Shown here piece after piece: positions 25,265 to 37,320 of a DNA stretch of 64,000 bases. A program made the translations under genes and the position numbers. Below the pieces are notes generated by a model. It made no database searches. It saw nothing but the letters and a program-made list of their open reading frames with translations, and was not told the DNA's origin. Source of the DNA: Macrostomum lignano (Eukaryota); the NCBI GenBank assembly GCA_002269645.1, contig NIVC01000001.1:186001-250000 (forward strand). Direction: 5' to 3'. Numbering within the stretch: position 1 is the stretch's first letter; every line of letters begins with the position of its first letter.

Positions 25265-25733
25265 TAACAACAACAACAAAATACGCGGCGCCGGATGCAA
25301 AGTTACAGTTAGAGCGGGCGCGCCAAATGGCGCGCCGCAGAGTCTGGGAGCGAACGAAGTCCGGTCCGTTTGCAGTGTGGAGCAGCAGGACGTCCTGAAA
25401 AGGTTGGGGGCAGTAGCCCTCGACCCGGATCACGTGGGTGGCACGCCAGTTGAAGGTGCATGCAGGATGGTGGACGGGCGCTGCAGCTTGGCCCGATCGT
25501 ACAGGGCCTCGGTCCCGACGCTCTCGTCAGCTCGAAAGGCCGCACGGAGCAGCCCTGAGTGCGCCGAGTCCAGCTGCCGCTCTAGCGTAGCCGTCAGTGT
25601 CCACGTCTCGGCGTTGTAGAGCAGGACGGTTTCGACCACCGCCTGCCACAGCCGAGCCCTCTGGCGGTCGGGCAGCGCTTCCGACTTGAGGACGGCTCGG
25701 CTCAAACGGAAGACCGCCCAGGCAAGTCCTCTG
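25265..25733 (-). mobile_element. RTE 3' fragment (third relative)
   Basis: EALPDRQRARLWQAVVETVLLYNAETWTL; (AAC)4 tail at about 25265. Confidence 0.88.
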
Positions 25734-27439
25734 GGTAATTATATCTTGACTTTGCTTCACTAATTAAGTCTCCACATTTTACCACCAGAATATACTGCTT
25801 TGGATTTATTCGCAGTTACCTCGCTGTTTTTATTATTTATAAACCCTACCTCGCAATTACTTATCAAAGTTCTGCTGTAATATTTCTTAAAAAATTAAAT
25901 AACTGGTTTACTATGCACTGCAAATGATGGATAACTTGGCATGTCCGAGTTGTGGATCTACTCGTTCAGCAAAGCTGCGAATTTGGATCGGCACATGCTG
26001 AAGAGCCGCTGCTCTCGGGCTGCGCAGTTGGAGGCAAGCGGCAATTCGCCATCTCAGTTCTGCAACGCGCCAGGGAGATGCGCAACTTCATTGCCACACC
26101 GCTGGAGGAGCATTGAAGGCATTTCTCAACCCGAACCTCTTTCCCGAGATCTCTAGCCACCGTTGAACGAGTGACTGGGCTCAAGCGAGGCTACTTCGAT
26201 CAGTTCTGCGACATGCTGCCTGAAACCTCACGCATGCGATTCCTCTAGAAGGAGAATGGAGCTTTTCTGTATCTGAAGAAGCTAAGGCAGGGTCTCAGCG
26301 CTTTAATTCTTTAGGCTTTGACTTTAAACTTTCTAGCCAGCGAGCTTGCAAAGTTTTTTTGTGAGTTGCTGCCGACCAATTCAAGCTGAATCCCTATCAG
26401 CCTCATCACATCGCAGCTGATCCGCCATCAGCCATGCTGAACTCCATTGTGAAAGATGAATTGATCTTGGGCGTCTTTCACAATCTGCTGCGGGGGGCGC
26501 AAGCTAGTGCTGCTGATTAGCGATCACACATACTTCTACGCGCTATGTGCAAGGACCATACTGAAGTCTATGTGCCAAAGAGCAGCAGCCAGCACGTGCA
26601 GAGGCACACCCATCTCTGTCACCAAAGCTCGAACGTCAAGAAGAAGATGGGTGCTGGTAAATAGCAGTGGCCATATTATGTACAGCTCACCATTCGCAGG
26701 TGCGATCTCCCCAACTCTTGGAGATGGAAACCTGACCGCAATGCAGCTCGATTGAGCCGGAGCTGACTTGCTTCTGTGCTTCAGGAACTCTAGTTGCAAG
26801 TCGTGAGGATTTGACAAGGGATACAACAGGATACGACAGACGTCAATTTCGCTGACTTCGTGCGGCGGCAAAGTGGGGGCGATAATTTGCTTCTGTTTCC
26901 TAGCTCACCAGGTGATCCAGTGCTGAATGCCAACTTTGAGCACGTCGCAAACTTTTACCAATCAAGGATCGGCCAATTTCTGGTAAGCTGACAGCAGCTG
27001 AGCTGAGGCCAATAATAGCAGATGCGCAACCATGTTTCACTACCTTGTCCAATGCACATTTGCCGCGATCAAGCAGGACAAGTGCATTAACACGAGGCAA
27101 GCCATATCAGCCCTGTAGCTTCGCTTCGATGTGATCGTTGAGAATTCCATGGCCAAGTACAACCGCAGTCAACTGGGATTCCGATACAAGAAGCAGCTGC
27201 CGCCTTCATGGAAAGGTCAGTCAATGTTTGAATTCGGCAGGAACTTCGCCAGAAGAATGTATCTGTCAAATGAATTCCACGACAATGAGAGGCTCCGATT
27301 TGACTGCGATGTCACTCGCATTCCGACTCTGAATTCGCGCAAATGGATCGCTGTTAATGCACTTGATCCGACCAGCTCCAAACTTCTCGCATCTGTGCCT
27401 TGAATCTGGAAGAGGTGTACGTACCAGTTTCAGCCTATT

Positions 27440-27945
27440 ACTCTTCAGCCAAGGTCGGCAGTAGAACTGCAGGCACGCGCCTCTCGGACACCGAGCTGTC
27501 CATCACCGTCATCCAGCGGCTCGGTCTGCAAACTGCTGCTTCTGGAGTGTGCGAGTGCCGCCAGCCACTCGATGCCCTGGGGGGACCACGCCCTCACCTG
27601 TAAACGTGGCGTCGAGCCCTTCCGGCGACACGACGAGTTAACTCGCGGCTCCGGGACATCCTGGGGGAGGCCAGCTTTTCATCGGTGCTCGAACCAGATG
27701 GCTTCGATGGCACCGCGGTGGCAGCTTTCGAGCGGCGTCGGCTTGGGACGCGACTATCACGCACACCTGCGCCCCAGGACACATGCATGCTTTTTCCGTC
27801 GTTCCCCCGCGCAGCTGCCACCAGGCCGGCAAATCAGCCAAGTACACCGACCTGGGCGACCACCACGACTTCCGCCCGGTCGGGGTGGAGACTGGGCGCC
27901 CTTGTCCCCCATGCTCTGGAGCTTGTTATCGCTCTTGCGGCTCCC
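27440..27945 (+). mobile_element. C-terminal fragment of a CRE-clade (REL endonuclease) non-LTR element
   Basis: QRLGL...CECRQPLDALG-DHALTCKRG...RRHD, VLEPDG, AWDATITHTCAP, KSAKYTDL...FRPVGVETG across shifted frames. Confidence 0.72.
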
Positions 27946-28917
27946 CTTATGAGCTTAACTTGACATAATATTCCCAATTATCCCGTTTGTTCTCCCCTAT
28001 CCCAAGTCAAAATTTCGTCGCACTTTTTTTACCAAACCCAGCTTCCTGGCGTCACTGTGAGCAGAATGACGTATCATTTGTGTAATTGGTTACTCGGGCT
28101 CCACTTTATGAGCTTGAGTTGACATAATATTCCCAATTATACCCTTGTTTATTCTCCACCTTAACATAAATTCTGGTAGCACTATTACTCATGTGAAAAG
28201 GCTGGTTTACATTAACGCTGGAAGCTCCACGGGTCAAATATTGCTCAAACCAATTTACAGTTGGTTTATTCCAATTCTAAAATTAAAATCTAAACCGGCC
28301 TTAAAGCACTGGAGACCATGAAATGGTGCCCTTACTAATGTCGTGGCTCTGCAATGAGTGTGATTCTCGATAATTTTCATACTCATGAACTATGGTTCAG
28401 AATAACGAATGACATGTAAAACTTGATTCATACAAATTATCTGACGTACATAATAAAGTAGCTGTATTGAGAAAAAATTTGTTTTTCTACGGTTCGTTGG
28501 AAATTCTTGTTAAAACTGGACTTTGATCCATTTTCTCATTTTAGGATAAAATTGTTTAAATTTCAATAACATTAGAAATCTACCGAGTGCATGTCTGCAT
28601 GTCTGCGTTGGTTATTTGCTACTGCAGTAGCTATGCATGTTGCTACAATATAAATGTATTTATGTCGCTTGGAGAATGAGAAAAGCATCATTCTATGCTG
28701 AGCTTGAAGAAAGCAGTCTCTTGAATGCTATAGACAATGGTTGTATATGTAAGACTACAGGTGGTTGTTTTTGTGTCAGTAATTTCTGACCATGACGCAC
28801 ATTAGGTCTCGTGATTTCATCGACTTGAAGCGTTACAGCAGAAGGTCGAATTAAGTTTTTCTGGAGCGTTGTACCTACGTAGGCAGGCTAGCTCTGCTAA
28901 TTGTGATGATTAGCTAA

Positions 28918-28976
28918 AGATAAGATAAGATCGATAAGCAAGTATTTTAGCCAGAAGAGAACCACGCAGTATAAAA
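28918..28976 (+). promoter_or_regulatory. Putative GATA cluster plus TATA box upstream of GH1 copy B
   Basis: AGATAAGATAAGATCGATAAG at 28918-28938, TATAAAA at 28970-28976, ATG at 29101. Confidence 0.55.
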
Positions 28977-29100
28977 TCTCGGCTACTCGTCGGACCTCTG
29001 CGCCACTGATAAGCTTATTCCAAGAGTTATAGATTGTTTTGCGCCCATGCGTCAGTTTTTAAACATCGTTAATTTGCTCAGCGCTGCTCCCAACTCGAAA

Positions 29101-32100
29101 ATGGCGTCGCGAATGACGTTTGTCGCTGCGATTGCAGTCACTCTGATGCTAATCAGCTCGGCTCCTGCACAGTGCACTGCTGAGGAGTTCCTCTGGGGCA
29201 CGGCAACCTCCGCCTACCAGATCGAGGGCGCCTGGGATGTTGACGGTGAGCGGATATTGCTGCAAAGTAGCTTTTTACTCGTACTTGACCTAACTTGACT
29301 TAGCTGCAGGGTGGCCCGAATGTACAGCAGGGAGCTAGAGGTGAAGGTCACCCATTCCGCCCACTCCTGTAGGCCAGCAGACAGGTAAAGGCGAGGGGTC
29401 GGTCAGGTGGTCCGCCAGTCCGTTCTGCAGCGTTATCTTCCATGGGGATGGCTCGGAGCTGAAACTGGATGAGATGTGGGATGCTGTCTGGCTGACAGAC
29501 CTCGTCGATGGACGGATTGGGCCCGAGGTACGTAGCGTAGCCGGTCTCTGGTGAAAAAGGGCAGTGACAGACAAAGTGCTGAGCCTATTAGAGGGCAGCG
29601 TAGCTGGGATCTCGGAAGCGTTTCTTTTTTCACTTCCATTGGAGTTGCCTAATCATTGATATAGAATTTTGAAGTTTCTTTGAGCCAATAACACACCATT
29701 CGCAGGCAAAGGAATGAGCATCTGGGACGAGTTTGTCCGCCGAAACGGCACCACCATCAAGGACAACAGCACCGCCGACATAGCCTGCAGAAGCTATGAA
29801 AAGTACAAAGAGGATGTCCAGCTGCTCAAACAGCTGGGTGTTAACAGTTACCGATTCTCAATCTCCTGGCCTCGAGTTCTGCCCAACGGAACCCTGGCGG
29901 GTGGCATCAACGAGAAAGGCATTCAATATTACGTAAACCTGGTGGACGAACTGCTTGCAAACGGAATTCAGCCATTGGCGACTCTCTACCACTGGGACCT
30001 GCCGCTGACTCTGCAGAATGAGTTTCAGGGCTGGGAGAGCGAGCAGATCATTCCGCACTTTGTGGACTACGCCAAGCTGATGTTCGAGAGGCTGGGCGAC
30101 AAGGTGAGTTAGTAGATGGGCGATTAGTTAGCATTTTGGACTGCAGAGTGATTAATGCCTGTACAACTCAGAGGGTCTTAAAAGAGTACGAGCTACTCTA
30201 AGATTAAGAACTTGTCGAAGAAGTCGGTTAATAACATTTTACGACAAATCTACGAGTATGTTCGAGTCCTTCAAGTTCATGCATTGGCCTTTACAATTTT
30301 GATGACAACAAAATTGTGGTTTATTGAGAGGACGCATTTCTCTAACTGAGTAGCCAATGAAAACAGCCAGATTAGCACGGCAAGGCTCGTATTTCTGGCG
30401 ACACGAGAAAACCCAACTGAAATACAATATAAACGTCGATTCTGAATTCAAGCGAAATTTCGAAATGATAAGATATTAACTTTTGCTTAGTTAGCCTTGA
30501 ATATTCCAGACCTGTCCAAAATTGCCGAGTTGATTAATACTGAACTTCGACTAAGTATCTCTAATCAGTTCGGAAATTTCCATACCTCAACCCCGGCCTA
30601 GCAAATTGATAATGGGACAGACCAAATATTTTGATAGAGTTGCCAAGTTACCCCCCTTCAACCTAGAAAAATTGACGAAATAAATGACCTGTTCCATAGT
30701 TGCCAGCGCTCAGAAATCACAGAGGAAGGTCACCTGTGCAGTGAGTATCAGCAGTGAGCTGTTTCACAAGAAAATAGTTGTAAAAAATTGAGACTTCAGA
30801 CACACACACCAATATTGCGTAGCATGGGTTTCTCCCATTTTTCTAAATTCCCCAATAAATAGCAATGCATTTTGATGAATTGTTTTGGTTAGCACATAGT
30901 ATACTCGATTGCCTGGATAATCTAGTTGACTACATGTACCCCATTATGCACTTTTTATCTAGAGCGCAATCTAAAACACAAACTATATTTCTCATAGTTA
31001 CGGAGATTCTAATTTTGCATCTCCCGACAAGGCAACAAAATCTTTACAAGAAACGACTTCTGCATAGAAACCAAACCCTTTTCCATTGCATTCCAGGTCA
31101 AGTGGTGGCTCACATTCAATGAGCCCTGGGTATTTACCGTGCTTGGTTACGGTCTGGGTGCCCACGCGCCTGGAACAAAAGACCTTGTGAACACAGTGTA
31201 CATTGTGTCGCACAATCTCCTGCGCGCCCACGCCAAGGCCTACAGGCTCTACGAGAAAGACTTCAAGCCAAGGCAGCAGGGCAAAGTTGGCATCACGCTC
31301 AATGGCGCCTACGTATTGCCGAAGAACACGTCCAGCGAATTGGACAAGAAAGCCGCTCAGCGCTCGATGGAGTTCTCGTTTAGCTGGTACTCCGACCCGG
31401 TGTACTTCGGCGACTACCCCGAGGAGATGAAGACCCGGATCGGTAACAAGAGTGCGGCAGCCGGCTTGCCAAAGTCAAGGTACGCTATATGATAAGCATC
31501 CTAAATTCAGTTATGTCAGGGTTACCAGGCAAAATTGGCCGAAAATAATTATCGACTAAAACGGCTACCAGACATTTTCCCGCCTCTGGCGTTTCCCTGA
31601 GTCAATAAAAACAAGCATGAAATGGGTCGCGGAATACGAGTAAAAAAGCGCTTTGGTGGCATCATCATATGTCTAAAGTGTCTATCTCACCCTTCTCTCT
31701 CCCACTCCCCCTCTTTATTGGCAGCAATGTGGATGTACGATGTACATGTATCCATTTTATTCAACTAACTTCCGGTGATAGACAGAGAGAATACACGCGG
31801 ACATGGACATAGGGATTCGGGATCGCTCATAATTTCATCCCAAGACCTACAACTACCCTTAACTCCCAACTCCAAAGGGTCGCCCTCTCTCGTGTGTGTG
31901 TGTGTGTGTGTGTGCTTGTTTATTCCTATATGTCTCTATCGGGGCAATGTCCGGGAGGAGGAGGAAACGCCGAAGGGGAAACGGTGGAGGGTAAACGTTA
32001 GAGAAAATGTCAATCACGTTCAGAAGGAAGGCTAGAGAGAGGGAATATTACTCGTACTTTGCCTGGATGATGCATCTTTGGCTATCTCCTGGAGGTTTTT

Positions 32101-33060
32101 ATCATACTCTCAATGAATCAAATCCTGTCCCCAGAGGTCAAACGATGGGACAGCACTCAAGTCGAGACTCTAAAATCTCATTCCTTATCATCGTTTCCCT
32201 CAGACTGCCCGAGTTCACAGCGGAAGAGAAAGCCGAACTGAAAGGCTCCAGCGACTTCTTCGGCCTGAACTATTACACCTCTAGCCTTGCTGAGCACAAA
32301 ATACTGAGCAACGATGGCGGATACTATGACGATCAGGACATAGTATCCACCATGGACCCCAGCTGGCCTGGAAGCGGTAGTCCTTGGCTCAAGGTGACAC
32401 CATTCGGCATTCGCGAGGGCATTAAGTGGCTCAGCGCGCGGTACGACAACCCGCCCCTTGTTGTCACGGAGAACGGAGTTTCTGACAATGACGGGACCAC
32501 CAGTGATCAACACCGGATTGACTTCTACAGAGAGTACATCGGAAACGTTACGCAAGGTATATTTAAAAGTACATTTAAATAGCTACGTTCTTACGATGAA
32601 ATTGAAGCTTCTGAATTTTGACAGACAGTTTTTGTGCACAAGTTGGTGTGAATCACGCATTGAAAAAAATAATTTCGATGTTTCTGTGTAACTAAATCTT
32701 TAACTTGGTCTGACTATATATTTTAACCATTTTAACCTGCAATCCCCAACGAACACTGCAGCCAAGAACGAGTTCAAGTGCAACGTAGTCGGCTACTTCG
32801 CCTGGTCCCTCATGGACAACTTCGAATGGGCCGAGGGCTACACAGAGTACTTCGGCATCGTCGCGGTGGACTTCAACGATCCTGAGCGGCCCAGAACCCT
32901 GAAGGACAGCGCCAAGTGGTACCGAGATTTCATTGCTGCTGAGATGACCACTCAGGCTCCAGCCACAACGCCAAAGGCTGGCTCGATTGTCACCGCGGCT
33001 CTGGGAGTCCTGACGATGGCTTTCGGACTGGCTCTGTCCTTGGCTAAGCTGCCTTTTTGA
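29101..33060 (+). CDS. Glycoside hydrolase family 1 (lactase-phlorizin/beta-glucosidase-like), copy B, complete, secreted with hydrophobic tail
   Basis: Exons 29101-29245, 29706-30103, 31097-31479, 32204-32556 and 32762-33060. Catalytic motifs TFNEP and VTENG intact; FFGLNYY and [13 protein letters not shown] present; Thr/Pro linker then hydrophobic C-terminus. Confidence 0.95.
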
Positions 33061-33748
33061 TCCTGGGTGCGATCACAAGTAGTCACTGAGCCTGACGGAT
33101 TAAACACATTTTGATATATGATTTGCGGGCAAAAGTTTTTGTTTTCTATTTTTGGCGCGAATTCACATTAAAAATACTTCAACCAACTCGAGGTCGTAGA
33201 TCAATAGACCCGTTACTCAAAATTATTAAGTAATATACAATATATACGCTATAGTACCATCAATATTTCAGAATCAGTGTTTAATCCTCTGATTAGCAGT
33301 TTAGTTTTATGTTTAAAAAATCCAGAGCTATAACTCTTTTTGATTCAAGCTACAAAAAAATTCTGCATGAATTATTAATGAGCGGATTTTTCTGTTGTTC
33401 CATTTTAAAAGGCCTGATTTCCATGTAATAATCCAGCTATGCTAAATTTCTCTCGGCAAATTCAGCTTTAAACACAGTGAGTCGATATTTCGATAACCAA
33501 GGATGATATTCAGTGTGTACATTTATTATATCAATACCATAAAATACACCTTGTGAAGTGCAGCATTGTGTCATTTGAACCCATTAAAGCTGAGGAAGCT
33601 TACGTGTAAATTTACTTCCCCTGGTTGGTCAGGTCATCCCCCTAGTCGCCTCGAAGTGTTCTATACATGTGCCTTTATAGTAAAAAAGGCCTTGATTACC
33701 AGCTTAGGATTATGACCGCAAGCATCTATAAGTCGATCGTTCTCCTTC

Positions 33749-33910
33749 CCTGGAGCCGCATCTCGAAGGACTCCAGCATCTGGAGCCGCATCTCGAAGGA
33801 CTCCAGCATCTGGAGCCGCATCTCGAAGGACTCCAGCATCTGGAGCAGCATCTCGAAGGACTCCAGCATCTGGAGCCGCATCTCGAAGGACTCCAGCATC
33901 TGGAGCAGCA
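33749..33910. repeat. 30-bp tandem repeat, about 5 copies
   Basis: Unit CTGGAGCCGCATCTCGAAGGACTCCAGCAT. Confidence 0.9.
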
Positions 33911-35916
33911 GGCGTCTCTTCGCCCGCAGGCCTTGGCGTCAGATTCAGATTCTAATCTCTTCTCAATTCAGACATAAGCTCGTGCATGCCGTAGATGCGC
34001 ATTAGATAGATCATTAAATCAGGCGCTATAAAATGTATTTGTCGTATCGCTGGTGCGCTGAAGGGGCCGGGTTTTGCCATATGACAATTTCTCGAAAGAG
34101 TCGCGAGACTGGCTAGTCTGACTCTATCCTTGGTGCAATCAGGACAAAGGACACAGTAGACACAGTACAGCTTTAGTATGGAACATGAAATTTACTTGCA
34201 TCAAAATCACTGAGGGTCAATTTCAAACGTTCGAAGCCTTTGGTCAACAAACAGCAATTTTGGTTGTTGATTAAATAAAATTGTTGCCAAGTCTACGCTC
34301 GTACACACAGATAAAAATGGCTATGGCTTGACAGGTGTGTCCCGCGATAATTTCTCTAAGCCAATAATGGCACCGTTGTATTTTTTCACCTTATCGCGTT
34401 ACAATTGCCTTTTCTATAATGCCTACAAAACAGAAGAAGCCCAGCAGTGTTCAGCTGAGTGTGCCAAAACTGGCATGTTGCATGATGATCAGACACCGTC
34501 AGATACCACCAATACATTGCCGTTGCGTTATCTGTTGAATATTATTTTCTGGAATACATTTTCTGGCCATAAGCTTAAATTAAATATTGCTTCTTTTCTT
34601 GTAACTATCAGCAACTCAACTTCAGAACATATTTGTGCGCACGTTCAATAAGTTTCTGTGGGGAGGGGGTCAATCTGACTCCCTCAATTAACCCCAGGCC
34701 TCAATCATTCATTATACGTGGTGTCCGCTTCAGCACAGGGCGATGAGCATAAGAAACAGATAAAAAATCCCGACTTTGAGGGGCCAGAAGGCTTTTCCAT
34801 GTATAGTTGTCAAAGCTGTCAAGCGTCTGAAAAAAACGAGAACAAATTATTCTGCAAGACATTCATAAATAATGATTGCAATGCCAAAAAGATGAGAAGA
34901 GGCATGCAAATGCACTTGAGATCCCATAGACAGCTACATGTAGCTCTGAAAAGGTTTTAAGCTAAATTGCTACTGACAGTAGACTCATATGCGTTAAAAG
35001 TTAATTTAAAATTAGGACACATGTACATGTAGCTAGAAAAAAGGCGCCTTTACTGCAAGCAGAAAAGGTGTACATGGCCGGTGGAAAACTCATGTGAGTC
35101 AATCCAGAGCAAAGTAAGCTGGATTATCCTATACGGCTAAAGCTTTGTACCTTCAAAGGCCTATCGTTACCCAAATAGCTACATGTATAAAACACGTTAC
35201 TATTCAGCAGAGCGTCGCCATGGATTTTATGGTGGACAAAGCCAAAGAATTCAACATGTACATGTACATTTACTCCTGACATAATTAAATTCCAAGTTTT
35301 CCATTACTTTGAGAATCGTGCTGTCAGCGCTCATTTTGGCGCCACAGGTACTTATTTTAGCGCCACAGCTAGGCACTCTTTTTGGCGCCGCACGCCCTCA
35401 TTTTGGAGCCGAAGGTGCTATTGGCGCCACCTGAAGAAAAAATTATTGATTACCACAACGTACGGGGCACAAGGAGGGGTGGGGGGGGGGGACAAAGCAT
35501 TTGGCATGTTCCCCCAAATAGCTTTTACTGGGGGGGGGGGAGAAGTCTGCGCCAATCAGTATTAATTGCTAAATTTTGTTTCTTGAAAAACCACTTTTAA
35601 ATGCATTACTCAATGTTCAAGTGGAATCCATGAATAAATATTAATAGCGGCTTTGTTTTGCAGCGTACTGGACTTTAGGTCAGATAGCTATGCCTAGTAC
35701 AAACTTTTTCAGATTGTTAATTAGCAAGTTAACAAGCATGTGTATATGTGCGCGTAGTCAAATTGTTTTATAATATAACTTTTTATGTGTACGTGCTAGA
35801 AATCCAAAGTCAAATAAATTTCAAGGTCAGGTGACGAGTCAGTTTTACCTGATTCTCGAGTGTAGCGTTCTTCTACTTGCATGGTGTCTATTAGTTTATT
35901 GCTTGATGATTCATCA

Positions 35917-36517
35917 GGGAGCACGAGAAATGCCCGCAGACGAATTGCCCGCCGATCGAGATTTGCCCGCAGGAGATTTGCCCGTGAAGATTTGCCCGCC
36001 GAGCTTTTCCCGCGGAGATTTGCCCACCGAGAATTGCCCGCCGAGTTTTTTCCCGCCGAGGTTTGCCCGCAATGCTTTTTTCCTGCAGCGCATTTGGCAG
36101 CTAGATTCTGTCTGCATTGCCCCCCCCCCCCAAAAATATGCATTTGATATGCTGTTACTATCAAAACGTTTTGATCGTGTAAATCTCTTTATTGAGATTA
36201 ACACGTACTAAGCATTGGGAAGGCAATGCAGACAAAATTTGCCGCGTCGCTAAATGCGCTGCAGGAAAAAAGCATTGCGGGCAAACCTCGGCGGGAAAAA
36301 ACTCGGCGGGCAACTCGCTCGCGGGCAATTCACTCGCGGGCAAATTGCACTGCGGGCAAATCTCGGCGGGCAAATCTCCACGGGCAATTCGCTCACGGGC
36401 AAAATGCACTGCGGGCAAATCTCCGCGGGAAAAGCTCGGCGGGCAAATCTCCACGGGCAAATCTCCTGCGGGCAAATCTCGGCGGGCAATTTGTCTGCGG
36501 GCAATTCTCATGGACCC
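35917..36517. mobile_element. Foldback/MULE-like MITE, family 1 copy b
   Basis: Ends GGGAGCAC...ATGGACCC; perfect 9-bp TSD GATTCATCA (35908-35916 and 36518-36526). Confidence 0.92.
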
Positions 36518-37320
36518 GATTCATCAATCTTGATGATAAACAGCCCAAAAGTTTACGGCATTGTCAATCATCATGAAAATTTTAACTATAGATTAATAAT
36601 TTGATTGTCTTACCTTTAAGTTAAAGAACACGTAACAATGATTTTTATAACTTAGTTCTTTAAATTAATCAAACTTACAGTAAAATTAAAACACTTTGTT
36701 TAGCCAAAATTATTTAAAATTATTCTTCATCAAAAAAATTCTTACGCGATTTTTATTAAATTGCGTTCAGTTTCAGCGTTCAGTACGATTTTTGCTTGGC
36801 CTGTTCTTAACATTGTCATTGTATGCCCTTCAATATCCGATATTTTTGTTTACAAAAATATATTAAGACTATGTATTAAAATAGTTTTTAAATAGGCCCT
36901 AATTAATGAAACAATTTAAATAATTTTAGACTTCTAATTTCATTTCATAGCATATAGCATAGGATAGGCCTAGTATATCATAAATACCTTCACACTACCT
37001 TCTTAAAAAAACTAAGGATAGGCCTATTGGTCACTCAGTCAATATCCATATACCAAAAATGGTTTTGTCTAACTGAAACTTATGACTTAGAACCTAAAGA
37101 CTTTAAAGTTGGTATTGGATTCTATGATTCAATCTATTCAATAGACTAAGTTTCAATCAGTGCCACAACATATTTATTGCCTCTGTCCTCTGAGCTCTAG
37201 ATAGAGCAATTGATAGAGAAATAAATGGAACAGTAGCTAGAGCAATGTGATAGATAGGCCCTAGGGCAATAAAAGTAGCAATAGGTAGAGCAGCAGGCCA
37301 GCAGATAGAGCAATGAATTC

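Larger units (their letters stand above)
24932..28147 (+). mobile_element. Degenerate PIF/Harbinger-like transposon with later insertions
   Basis: Diverged inverted repeats at about 24932-25085 and 27975-28147; remnants VTGLKRGYFDQF, LYLKKLRQG, DHTEVYVPKSSSQHVQR, LVNSSGHIM, FDKGY, VIVEN at about 26150-27200 resemble DDE_Tnp_4; many stops and frameshifts; no TSD identified. Confidence 0.55.

Noticed and set aside
29300-29640. GC-rich block in GH1 copy B intron 1, absent from copy A
   Set aside because: Probably an insertion, but I found no TIR, TSD, tail or recognisable protein motif to classify it.
34718-34960. Possible zinc finger (SCQSC...HLRSH)
   Set aside because: Spacing fits neither C2H2 nor BED and there is no supporting context.
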